64,000 nt of DNA from Amoeboaphelidium protococcarum X5 (taxonomy: Eukaryota; Fungi; Aphelidiomycota), in contig JALDTO010000135.1 in assembly GCA_023515725.1 (NCBI GenBank), forward strand, positions 124,647 to 188,646. The letters run 5' to 3'. Below, piece after piece: positions 43,975 through 56,632 of the stretch. A model generated the notes under the pieces. The model searched no databases. It worked only from the letters and a program-made list of their open reading frames with translations, and was not told the DNA's origin. Position 1 is the first letter of the stretch, and each line of letters begins with the position of its first letter. The position numbers were made by a program, and so were the translations under genes.

Positions 43975-46658
43975 GTGCAAAGTGCAAAAACGGAAACCGT
44001 TAAGGTTGACGTTGGAAGAATGCGCGAGCGATCGAGCGCGCGACGGTGATCTCGCAGAAAACAGACAAGTCAGTTGTTTCAAACAAATCCTCAATGATTT
44101 TGCATTAAACTTTTTGTATTAAATCCACTTTCAATCTCAGTCTCCATATTATCTGTCTTGTTCAAATACTACACTCATCCATGGTACCAGAGCAATTGTT
44201 TGTCTTGAAGCTAGTTGGTTTGAAGTTCCCCCAATGTGCGATGAACTTATCCAAATCACCGCCAAAGTGCTTTCTCAGACATTTCATGATCGGGCAGTAT
44301 TGCTTCACGTAGAATGATTTGGCGCCAGCTGATAACCCGACGGTTGAGCCAGGATCATCCACTGCAAGAATGGCCTCCAACTTCGCCATGGCAGTCTTCG
44401 CTTTTCTCACTTTCTCTCTCCCAGGCATATCATTCACAACTTCATCCTACTGAACAGCTGTGATGGCAGGTACAACATCAGCTACGTCAGTGTCTTCTTC
44501 ATCGGATTCATAGAGTTCATCATCAGAGTGAACCGCAGCTTGTTCACGTAACTATCTGGAAGAAGATTATTGAGAAGTCAGAGTAGATTTTGGCTACTTC
44601 AACTTAGCTGATTGAGTGGCAGCAATCAATCCATTCGCATAAAGCTCAAGCATCCTACGCAGCTCATTAATCTCCTCCGGAGTGGCATTAGGTGCAATTT
44701 CTTTCAACTTTGCCTCAATAAGCTGCAGCACAGTCTCTTTCTTCTGCAACTGGAGAAGTGCATCGTAAATCACTCTAGGTCCACCAACTGCATCAACATC
44801 AGATAATCCACATAAGCTACGAACAATCTCTTGACTCACCTGCTGCAGACAAAAATTGCCTCTAGAATGGGCAGCATTCAGACTGCGAGCCATCTATAGC
44901 TACTCACAGTAGGCTGATCTGAATTTGCTTACCACGGAAGACACGTCCAAACGTCTAGTCTTCGCTAATTCTAGCAAATAGCTAGCATCCTTCTTATACA
45001 ATGCGGCATTAGCGGACGAAGCGTGTCGCGCACTCTTAGTGATGTCAATCTCTGATCCCATTCCCCAAACAGCAAGCAAATAGCCAGTCTTCCTACTAGT
45101 GTGCGTACCAAATTTACCATCGGGATTGCCGGTAGCAATCTTACAAGCTTTCTGATACTGCCTATGATAAGATACGTAAGAGATGTTGTACGCCGCATGC
45201 CCAACTTGCTTCACAGCATCCAGTGTACTCTCTTGAGGGAACAAGAATCCAGTTCTAATCCCAGAAATAAAAATCCACGTCAAAAGCGCACGAACCGGGC
45301 ACAATTCGGGCACATCATAATCCGTCCAAAGAGTCAAGCACACTCTAACACGATCAGACTTGCCTTTAATGTAGAAAGCAAGGGAAGATATACTGCCATC
45401 ACTTTGAAAGGTCGCAAGATCCTTGTTGAGACAATTTTCCAGCCTAGGATCATGAATTTTCAAATCGGTGACTTCATCATTGCGCAGAAATAGCTTGATA
45501 CTAACGATAATCATCGTCCACATCATGAATGACTTCGCATCATTTTTCGAGATGAAATACTCGCGGAGACGTAGTAATTCCCAAGGTGTGAGCGGCTAGC
45601 TGCCTTCGGACACGTAGCTGCATCCATCGCGGGAGTTCAATCTCTACATGTTAGTCATGAGGGAAGAATTCTTTGGATCTCCACCCAGCCAAATACGAGG
45701 AGCCATCGGATGGAACCGACAGCCAGATCTATCACCACGCTCAGAACGTTGGATGCACTCTTCGCAGATATCTCTGTACTCCCCCCTCTAATTACGACTA
45801 TCATGCAGCACAGAGACAGCCGATAACAACTGGTCAACATTCTGTGGCATATTCCAACCACCCTAGCACTTGATATCGTGCCCATAGACACATTTCACAG
45901 CGTTGCCATTCTCGTCTTTTAGCAAAGAACCCTTCTCATTACGCTTGAACTTGATAAACAAAATGATGCTCTTGGCGTTCATTGACGGTGTGTACTGCGG
46001 GGGGTTAGGAAGCAGCATTAAACTCGAGCTGTAGTCACCAATTAGCGCAAAAAAGTACCGCAATCCTCTGTAATGCTTCTAGTAGGCTTACATACTATTC
46101 ACAGCCAAAGGCCTACCGCCAGTGAGTGGCACAGATACGTCGGATCGAGTCAACCTCAGCAGCTTCAACGTCTCTCCAATGCCTTCATCCAGCTTATACT
46201 TGTACGCCGCTTCAATGCGATACACATGGCTGTTCTCCGACTTCTTGCGTCTCTTCACCTTCTTCGCCAACTGCTCATCATCCAGACCATCATCAGAGTC
46301 GTAATCGTCGTCGTCATCTTCATCTTCATTCTCCAGCTACCTATTGAAAGCAGCACTGACTTGAGCAGAACTTTGTGAAGTGATATCAGCAGTTTGATTC
46401 ATGCTAACAACACTTGTTTCAGCCTCGCACCCAGCCAGACCAGAACTTGAGGAGGCGGATACGCCGACACTACTGCCAACACCAGCACACTCATCAACGG
46501 CTGGGATGCCAGTACTACTGTTGGAGGTGGTGATACCACCTCCAGATGGCTACGAGTCACTCTACACTGCTCTAGAACGCTTCCTGCCAGACATGCGAGA
46601 CGGTCGAGATTGTAACAAAGCGAGTTCGGTGCGTTTCTCCGGGTGCAAGGTGCAAAAC
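43975..46658 (-). mobile_element. Putative Crypton-like tyrosine-recombinase DNA transposon (boundaries tentative)
   Basis: Single YR gene bracketed by GTGCAAAGTGCAAAA (43975) and GTGCAAGGTGCAAAA (46643); no long TIRs, RT or gag seen. Confidence 0.55.
44162..46594 (-). CDS. Tyrosine recombinase (810 aa, intronless, table 6)
   Basis: Full catalytic set: FLRNDE (R), KGKSD (K), CPVRAL, LFP, THTSRKTG (HxxR), ARH (H), ALY (Y); CEEC..CRFH putative Zn motif; acidic stretch plus KKVKRRKK NLS. Confidence 0.88.
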
Positions 46659-46757
46659 ACTACCGGTGCAAAAGAAAACAAGCGTTTTATTTGTTTTAAA
46701 AGAGTCAGATACAATAACATACAGATTTCTATTACATCAAATATCAAATATAATCAG

Positions 46758-48530
46758 TCACGTTCGTTCAGGAGCAATGAACACTTATACGTACGCCGAC
46801 TCTTTTCCTTCCCGGTCACTTTCTGATGATTACTGAGAAGGAGCTTTAAATGTCGCAGTAGTGGATGAGTTAAGTTTAATCTTGAACGTTACGATATCCT
46901 TGTAAGCAGTCCTTGCACAGTCTTCTCTTATATCATTGAGCAGTCCCCATTCCTCAAGCAGTCTTGTCTGGTGATAGAGCGTAATTTGCTTCTTATCAGA
47001 GTTCAGCTTTTTATACTCCAGTCTGAATCTTCGCCGACAATTTTGACCACAATAGTGAATATTATTTACATCATCATACTCTGTGGGCGTGTCAATAGCA
47101 TTGATATTCCGTACTGATTGCCTTAAATGGGGCAGGATATTAGCGTTCTCTGCAAATTCAGGCTCATTATAACCGTCAACAGAGCTTATGATGGCTCTCA
47201 ATTTCTCTGATGTAACCAGTGAAGATAGTTCATACACTTGCTTCATAAAGCGAGTTTCATATATTTTTCCCATAAAGTTGCGGACATCAACCACGGTATT
47301 CTCTCGTGCCATTGAACGTTCTTGTTACTCCTCTGCGGTATATCGTTGCAATTATGATGAGCCCGGGTGAAAGCCTTCAAATTTCACAGGATCCTAATTC
47401 AGTTTAACTGTAGCAACATGTTATTCATACCAGCCAACACCGCTAGATCCGACTTTACCAAAATTCATAGTTCTCGATATCTCTGGCCGTATACATCCGC
47501 GTTACTTGTGCTGGTCAGAATGCCGGAGCCAGTCATCCCAGTAAGTTTATGGCCAGCTATCGCGCAACTCTGCTGTCCACAACTACTTTTTCAACATCCA
47601 CCCAAGACCAGGGAAGAAGTCTGAGAGATAGAATGAATACGGATCTTCAATCAAATTTAGTTTCCCATTATCATTCCAGGCTGATATGCAAAACAATGTG
47701 TCATCTGCTTCCAAGACGGGCAAGAATGCCTGAAAGTAATCATAAAAATCCGGCGCTATTTCCATATCATCTTCAAGAATTATTGCCTATTAAAACTGCA
47801 TAACGTCGAATACTTGCGACAGAGCCCACTCGTAATGCCTGGATATTTTATAAAATGCAACGTAATCTTCGTGCCCTTTCTTTGTTACAGGAGTGGATTA
47901 ATCTGGTTACTACATAACTTATGACATGAAATATACCGCGGGAGAGCATTAACAAGTCTTACCTTTATATGCAGCACGCGATCAGAATATTGTTTAATGA
48001 CCTGAGAAGTTTCCTCGTGACCGCAATCCTGACTAACAATGATGGCAACATTCTCTTGCGGTTTATACTTGAGCAGACTGTCTAGAGCTCGTGAGACAGA
48101 TGGCCTATTACAAGCAATGACCAGAACTGCAATATGAGCCGGCGAAGGCTATACCTCAGGTATCTGCAGATTAACAAGTTTCAACTAATCATCAGCCACC
48201 TTGTCTGGGTGCAATAAATCTTCTTAAGGCTTAATAGGCGGTTTGAAACCTGCTGTCGATGGCGCTTGAGGTGCAGTGTCAACATCTTGGTCCGGCATTA
48301 ATCTCTACATTGTTAAGTAAATTCGATAATGTATATAGAAATGAAAATATTGGGATGGGTATATATACCTTTTGTGTTCCATCGACTTCTGTGGGATAGT
48401 TCTTTTCATTAAGAGCGTCAGATTCATCATTGACAGGGCCTGACCAAGTTAGAGTAAACATTCCATATAGGATGAGTGCAATACTAATAGCCATAACTAG
48501 CCTTACAACCTTTTTATTATTTATACTCAT
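46758..48530 (-). CDS. MGAT1: Alpha-1,3-mannosyl-glycoprotein beta-1,2-GlcNAc transferase (GnT-I, GT13), paralogue A
   Basis: N-terminal TM; VIACNRP, VSQDC, YKISRHY.WAL, ILEDDMEIAPDF, CISAWNDNG, DFFPGLGWML, WDDWLR, CIRPEISRT, RTAYKDIV; introns 48305-48368 and 47910-47962. Confidence 0.93.
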
Positions 48531-48902
48531 AATGTTATCTGTGAAATATTAGTTTTTCAAACTTTGATCTATTGACAATAAAGTGCAGAGGATCAAAAGA
48601 GTTGAAACAACGGAATGAAAGTGAAACGTCGCAGTAGTCGCTGAGTTCGAAATATAGTCGTGACTATTTATGGTTGTACTTATCAGTTTTTTACTCTGAA
48701 TTTTACCTTACTTTTGTGGTGTCAATCAATGCATAAGTTATAATTATTACGCAAAAGGGGGTCAATCAGAAGGCTTGATTTATAGATTGGTATTCTGTGA
48801 TACGTTGGCGTCCAATCTTGACTACCAAGTTGATTATAGGCTTTTCTCTCCAGTAAACCAAATTTATTAATTAACACACTTTAAATAAATCAGTAATAAT
48901 AC

Positions 48903-50578
48903 ATGGCATCTGTAATTAAATTGAAGCCTTCGAGAGTCTTAATAGTATGTATAGGAGTATTTCTTCTTATTCTATTTGGATATAACTAAGATTGGGGCAA
49001 TGGATCACTCAACGCTAAGCAAAAGGTAAAAATGTGAATTGTTTTGATCATTGCGACCATGATCACCATCATTTCGTTATGATTTGTAGAAAATGGCTCC
49101 ATATGTGTCAGAAAAGTTGGCGAATATTGACAGTAAGTTATTTATTTTATAAACATGGCATCCATATCATTTTTAGCTTTGTAGTAGATCTCCTAGAGCA
49201 ATCACTATCTGAGACTGGCGTCAAATCCCCAGTAATTGATCGCCTTCAATCTACCAAGGTGAAACAATCAGGCCAATCAGAGCCACGAAGTCGAGATGGA
49301 AATCTATCTACTGTAAAATCGAGCGAATTGGCGTCTCTTAATAATAAGAATAGTGGTAATACAGCTCTGCTTATTATTGCTTGTAACAGGCCTGAGATTG
49401 AGCGTGCACTCAATGCAGTTTACAAATACAAACCAAAGGATCGAATCCCGGTTATTGTTAGTCAAGACTGCAATCATGAGCCCACTTCTGAAGTTATCGA
49501 CAAGTTTTCCGATCGCTTAATCCATTTAAAATATCCTGTAAGAGAACCACCACAGGTCCGTCCAGGAGATGAACGCTGGCTTGGTTATTACAAATTGGCG
49601 CGTCATTATAAATGGGCTCTGGAGTAGACATTCAATGTTCTCATGTACGACAATGTCGTAATCTTGGAAGATGACATCGAGGTTGCACCTGGATTTTTCA
49701 AGTATTTCGAGGCATTCACCCCTCTCCTTCGCGCGGATCCCTCGTTGATGTGCATCAGTGGATGGAATGACAATGGCAAGGCGGAACTTGTGGGAGATGC
49801 CAATCAATTCCACAGATCAGATTTCTTTAGCGGTCTTGGATGGATGTTGACGCGTAAGTTTTGGGATGAAATACATCCTAAATGGCCACTTGTATTTTGG
49901 GATGATTGGCTGCGTTAATCCTTCATTCGCAATGGCCGATCATGCATCCGACCTGAGATTACTCTTAGCAGAAACTTTGGTGACAATGGTGTCAGTAAGG
50001 GCCAATTTCATGAGTAGCACATTGCCACCATAAAAATGAATGAGGAAGATTTGCAATTTGAAGGTAGAGACGGTGTGGACATTACGCGATTTGAAAAGAG
50101 TCGATATGATGCAGTATTTAAATTACAATTGACCAAGCTGTCTCGCGTTGCCACATCTGCTGAAATTAAAGCGATGCTTAATTCTGATGATCCTGAGAAA
50201 CATCCTCTCTATCTGGACAATCCTAATGTCGTGACTTCATCTGATGCGGATGCAGATGACTAGTTCAATTCTAATCGACCCAACTTTTGCGGACGTCAGT
50301 GTCTACGGCGTTATGTCATTTACTACGATTGGCTCGATCAGGATCAGGAATTTCATGGTTATCGCAATTTCGTACCTCTGGCCAAGGAGTGGAATCTTAT
50401 GGATGACATAAGAGAAGGCACGGCAAGAGTAGCTTATTAGCGGACTGTCTGCTTTAAATCGCATTTTAAGAACAAGGTTCCTCTGAAGGTATACATGAAC
50501 GGTAAGCAGAGGATTGCCAAGAATTAGTTTGAACAGTTCGTTGCTATTTGTATATCGCCCAAGCCTTAGGATGTCTGA
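48903..50578 (+). CDS. MGAT1: GnT-I (GT13), paralogue B
   Basis: N-terminal TM; IIACNRP, VSQDC, YYKLARHYKWAL, ILEDDIEVAP, CISGWNDNG, RSDFFSGLGWML, FWDDWLR, CIRPE; introns 49026-49089 and 49133-49184. Confidence 0.93.
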
Positions 50579-50785
50579 TAATTTAATAAATTAATAATAT
50601 CAACGTAGTATTTAAATCGGTATTTTAGAAGCCACTTCGCCATTTATCACTGAATTGAGTGAGGCTCAGCAATCAGCTAAGATAGCCCCTGAACGGCGTG
50701 TTATCATCTTATTCCCAGTGCTCGCGCTATCAACTAAATTTAATTCAATTTCCTTAAGTAAGAATCTGGCATAGGAATAGTATAT

Positions 50786-52225
50786 ATGTTTTAGTTTGCG
50801 GCTTTAGTGTACGTTGTATTGGCGTCTGTGGCAATAGCTGTGGAGTATGATCCCAAGATATATGTGCCTAATCAAAGCACTACGTGGAAAATGGGAGTAC
50901 AGCAACTAATAGCTTGGAATTCATCGTTTACACGCGATGATGGCCTTTATTACAATAATCTCACTAGACTAAATATTAATCTTTATTAGATGGGAAATAG
51001 TACCTAGAGTGGTCGCGATGAATTGATTTAGATCATAATTTAGAATGTGCCAATGTCGCTGGGTAGTATTTTTTATGCTTTGCCACATCGTCTGCCCACT
51101 GATCAGGATAAGCAGGATATTGCGTAGGAGGATAGGAAATACTATCTCAAACTGTATCCTTCATTCTTCGAGTGGCCTAGATCGTGTAGAAATTGTCTGT
51201 AATCTGCTCCTGGTAGTGCTCCATTCGTCATTCTGCCATCTGATTGCAAATAGGAGCCTTGTCCACCTGTGATTGGGAATGGTGGTGGATTGGGTGGAAA
51301 TAGCGGTGGTAAGAGCGATTATATTACAGCGGTCAAAGCTGTGGGTATTGCTGTTGGTGTCGTGGCTTTGATTGTCTTTGTAGTGTCAATGTTCGTGTAT
51401 GGTCGGCGTGGACTCAAGGTGGTGGGCACACGAAAGGGTCGTTAAAGAGGCCTCAATTATCGCTACAAACCGCCTATTGTGGACAACAGATTGCGAGATT
51501 CAGAGGTTAATGATCCAATGTCTCCGTCACCTCTGAGAAGATTTTTCTCTGTAGAAACGCTGCGTGAGTCTGAATTTGATGATGATATTGCAGGTCAGTC
51601 TGTTATCGGTAGTGGAGCTTCCGTATCAGTGAGAGACGGTCAATCAATCAAGCGATAATCTTCCTTGGCACATTTAGGTGAGTAAATTATACGCGATGCT
51701 GAGTTATCTGCGCCCAACTCACCTATTCTACGTCCGACAAGATCAGTCAACAAGGTGATTCTTGATCTGCCTCCGAGTCCACCTAAACTTTACGCAAGAC
51801 CATCTAATAATACACTGTCTGGTTATCAAACCGCCTCTTAGCTTTTTTAGTCAAATCTGAATTCTGACAGTGAACATGACAATGATTTGACTATTGTCGG
51901 CAATAAATTGGATACAAGTCCTCTGGTACGTGTCCTCAATTAAAGTGACGCGCTGATGCTTGGTGACACGTTCAGAAATGCTCTCCGGACTGACACGTCA
52001 TTGTCAGATTCATCTTGCACATTGATCACTGATAATAGTACTGGCGATGATAGAGTGTAGCGTAACTCGGACTCAGATCCAACTACATCCACTTCATTTG
52101 AACGTAGTGCTCGGGCATTCAACGAGACTTAAGAACGTTTACTCTTCTCCGTTGGAAGCTCACCTGTGCTCGGTAGATTAGCCGCGTTGGACAGAGAAGA
52201 TTAAACACAACAACGAGAATTATGA
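50786..52225 (+). CDS. Type I membrane protein: signal peptide, Kre9/KNH1-like Ig ectodomain, TM helix, disordered Ser-rich cytoplasmic tail
   Basis: I..P..STTWKMG....IAW beta pattern; TM AVGIAVGVVALIVFVVSMFVY followed by GRRG. Confidence 0.7.
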
Positions 52226-52277
52226 TATTTGAAGTGAATTATATTGACTTTCATATTGACATTATGTGATGATTAAT

Positions 52278-53417
52278 TCATTGACAGCTGCGCACCACTT
52301 TAACCACAATCACTTCATCGTCATCGTCGTCACCTCTCTGTGGTGATATAGAGTCAACATTTCGTTACTAATCATCAGTTTCTTTATCATTCGTAGTTTG
52401 AGCATTAGTATTATTTGAGATTTGAGGACTTTGCGATCTCAATTATTCTTATTATTATTCATCTTATGACCGAACGGCATCTTCTATATGTGTAAAATCA
52501 ATTTTAGACAACAGGCAATCAACAATACGTTGTCTAACATTAATGATATCCGCTTAAGAGAAATCAAAGTCTTAGCCAATAGTTCCATACAACATGACCA
52601 AAGAGGTGAATACTCCACAACTTGAGCCATCAGATTGATGAGGGAACTATTTACCAAGTACAATTTCCCAATCCTCTTAACGGTCAGAGTGATTCTTGTT
52701 GATCCACTCGTCAAGCAAGTACCGTCGCAATATATGACCAACTTCTTTACATACACCATAGCTATGCATGGAATCATACAATGTGATTGTGCTTGAACGT
52801 ACATTAATTATAGCAGACAGCCAATGGTAATTTTGGTAATTAATAGGGACCATTACGCGATTCAATGCGGAAATATCCACTTTACGCGTCCATTGCTTCA
52901 CCTTGTCGTAACAGTAACCAGACTAGTTCTCAGTAAGAAGTTAATAAAAGAAAGTGTTCATAATATGCACCTTCATTCCATCTATTACGTGCAAAAATCG
53001 GATATACTCTATGAATCCATTAATTATTTCATCGTTCAGCCAGCCTCCACTCCAAGTTGTCAGAAGATCCTGTTTGTATACAGGAACACTCTTCCACAAA
53101 GTCACAGGTTTTTAATCTAATTAATCCTTTAAATTATCCTGCTCATATTCCGAATGTAAGTATTTCTATAGTCGTATTCTACGAGCATTGTCAAGAGGCT
53201 TAGTAAATTTCGGCGAGGTATGTTCAGCAGGGACAATCTTGAGGTTCTTTAATCGTTCGAATACTTCATCAATATCATCATCGACTGGTTAGTCCTTTAT
53301 GCTGCAAGAGACATTCTGGTTTTAAGTCTCCTTATTACAAATGTTCACCGCGGTCTAGTTAACATCGTTCTCTGGGGCATCGCCAGCCAAGTTATCGCCG
53401 TTTACTTGAGATGTCAT
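52278..53417 (-). CDS. Ulp1/SENP-family SUMO protease (C48)
   Basis: WLNDEIIN, VKQWTRKVD, PINYQNYHW, YDSM, PHQSDGSSCG. Confidence 0.9.
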
Positions 53418-53506
53418 TTAGTCTTCTTGTCCTGTTCTACGGAGAGAATGTCACAACTAAAGCAAAAATAGTTTACAACATTCAGCATTTATTTCATCAA
53501 TTCAAT

Positions 53507-56500
53507 TCAATTCAATTATTGCAATCTCTTCTTCACTTCATCACTCATATCAGCCGTATACGCGGTAATGTTTAATGGACCACCACCGCTACCCTACTTG
53601 TTACTCACAGAGAGGGAACGCACACGCGATTTAATGTTGGCAAAACTCCCGCGCGCTTGAGGTTCTGACACTTATTGCTGCGGCTAAGTGTTATTATCGG
53701 CAATTGACTTACTAGAACCTTATGTGACAGCACCATCAGTCACTTTACTGCTTCTGTCGATGACTGGACTATTAGGAGTACTACTCATACTCTTGGCACT
53801 TCCAATATTACGGCCGAGTGTAGAGGTGGATCCATTATTACCTGGGCTATTACTACCGCGGATTGACAGGCCGGCCAGGAGTGAGTTTGTCAAAGTTGGC
53901 TAAGCACCACCACGTGTATCATCTTTCGGTTCGCTAATCTTACTCTCTGCGTACATCTGAGACTCTGACAATATCTTCCACTGTGTAGCCAAGTATTAGC
54001 GCACATCTTCATTCGACAGCAACTTGTATGAAATACTTTGCATTGATCTGATTTGCTAAAACACATTGGCAAGCATTATACAACGCGTGTAATTAATAAT
54101 CTTCGCACCCTCTTGTCCAGCATTTAAATAGTGTGCACTACTATAAACTGGATTACCATCTTCAACAAAAGTCAAGTCTGACAAGTACATACCAAGATAC
54201 GGAACCATCGGTACTCCAGAGTTCGTATACATTGCAATAGTGTTACGGTACACCTTATAATTGCCTTCGCTAGACACTAATGCATTCAGTTAAAGCCAGG
54301 CATCAGAGTACTTTTTAGGTAAAGCTTTCCAGGTATGCTTCATGCGACTCACGGAGCCCATATTCAGCCCGGCAACAATCTCAAAGCAAGAGTTGTAATT
54401 GCGCATCTTCACACACTCAAAAGCCACCTGAATGAAGCGCTTAATAACTTCTACGCGATCACTTAGCTTTCTAGTCAAAACCACCTATGACGCCACGCCA
54501 TACGCGATTCTATTGAACCAACTAACAAAAAATAACAGATTAGGAGCTAGCAATTCCCTTAAATTTTTATCCTTCAAACTCCAGCACTGGTGCAGAAGCT
54601 CGTGATGCTAGACTCTCTTTAAGCTATCGTGCTCAATAAATGATAGCTCTGTAGCCAGTGCATTAATATCAACCTCCAGTATGGATACAAACTCGTCTTC
54701 ATTAGGTCCTTGGACGCCACTGACATTGTTATTCACCAAAAGCTATCGAAATGGATTATCTCTGGCAACAGATTAGTCCTTCATACTTTAAAATGTCCAA
54801 TTTTACAACGTCAGTAGCACGTTATATGAGTCCTTGATGATTGCGAACTTATCAACTTCCTTTTCAACAACTTCGCCAATAAATTGCGTGACCAGCTTAC
54901 ACAGCATCCTATTCCTCTCAAAATCACTAGCTTAAGTTTAGATCCAATACGACAGAGTTGCAATCACATTTTACTACTACTCGATACATTGCACAATAAC
55001 TTGATTAAATCCGGATTTCTAAACATTCTTCAAAATCGTCGCTTAAGTCAACCCTTTACTACTCACCTAGAATCCCGCTGCACTTAACTACTCCATGCAC
55101 TCGAAATACTTGAGAATCAACAGCCTCGCAACATCAATCGCGTCAGAATGATACGCATAAGTCGCTATAAACTACTTTACAGTGGCAATTGAAAAGGTGC
55201 TACTATCAACAATATGGCTGATAAGAGAGCTCAAAGTAGCAGCTCTCAAAACTTTACACGATCCACTATTAGTAGTATTTGGAGAGGACACGGCATCATT
55301 TTCATACTAAACATGACCATCCTTTGGATAGAACTCAGCTTAATATGCAACATTCTCACGACCAAACTAGATCTCAAGTGATTGAATCAATTGCTCACTG
55401 ACATTGGCAAAGCACTTGTACAGTCCCTTGTGACCCAAACAGAAGGCACCTAAACGCTAAGCTTACTGCTTTGATCTAAAAGCTAATAAAGAGCTTTCAG
55501 CAGTTTACACCTAATCAGACGCCGCACTGGGAATATGTGAAGACAGGGACGCTTCACTAAATTGGACTGGTAGATTTGCCGTCTTCAATACATCAGAAGG
55601 AGCGAGCAACCTTTATCTAGCAATATCTTCAGAATTCTTCCTCACCTTTTCATCATCTTCAATTGATGTGAAAATGGCCAACTGTGCCACATCCATAGCG
55701 GACATTTCAGAAACTCTTTCTTGATTTCCATCCCCATCAACATCGCCAACAGTTGAGCTGGACTGTCCTTACCCAGAATCGGTGGCATAAGTCGACGCCT
55801 TACGCGACACTGCCGGACTGTGGGCAGATGGAGTCGACGGGGCAGAGTTCAAGATGTTCTCATCAAACTAAGCCAAACTTCCGTTGATATCAGCAATCCT
55901 ACCAACGTTGCGAGATCCATTCAAACTATCCTTGGATCCACGACGCGCATAAACAGAATCAGAAGATTGGATTGCACTACTGCTTTTGTTTAAATGATCG
56001 CTGGATCTAGAAGCTTTTACAACATGCTATTTCAGCTACTACTATTACTTACCAGCTTGAAAGAATAATCCAGTAGCAGATGACTACGCAGTGGAGTGAC
56101 TCAGATGTTAAGTCTACTGCTACTACTATGCAGAGTGCCCTTTTGCAGAGTCGTCCTTCATCAAAGAGAGACCAGCACCACCACCACCAGAAGAAGAACC
56201 TTGATCCATCATCAACGCAGCTGGATCAGGTCTTCCTTTACTTCCCACCGAGCCGACTGTTTCAGCGCGCTTACGACGTTACAACACCTTCGGCTTTGTC
56301 TTCACAGGCGCCGCCATCGCTTGTTCTGCAGCAGCAAAGTCTTGTCCATTCACCGACACAGGTGCATTATTACTACCATAACCTATTGGCATTTGAACGT
56401 TGAGATCGCCACCTTCAGCATTGAATTAAGATAAGTCTTCTTCAGCAACTGTTACCGTGTTAATGAGCGGGCTTCTCAGTCTAGACACTCTTCTATGAGA

Positions 56501-56632
56501 CAGCAGACTATTATCCGATTAAGGATTGTTTTCTAATTGACTCCCATTACTACTGTTACTGTTATCAGTCACGGCACTCTTATCCGCAGCGGTTACTTGC
56601 AAACTGGTCGCAATCTAGTCCTTGCTTCTCAT
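53507..56632 (-). CDS. Ras guanine-nucleotide exchange factor (REM + CDC25 domain)
   Basis: RAATLSSLISH, FIATY, LATELSFIE, WFNRI, NYNSCFEIVAGL, SRMKHTW, GNYKVYR, VPYLGMYLSDLTFVEDGN; 1041 aa frame. Confidence 0.92.

Noticed and set aside
45101-46826. Plus-strand ORFs antisense to the recombinase (130, 101 and 141 aa)
   Set aside because: Shadow frames of the YR coding strand with no motifs
46830-47312. ORF MARENTVV... as a second (cargo) gene of the recombinase element
   Set aside because: It is in frame with, and is the C-terminal domain of, GnT-I paralogue A (..NDIREDCARTAYKDIVTF..)
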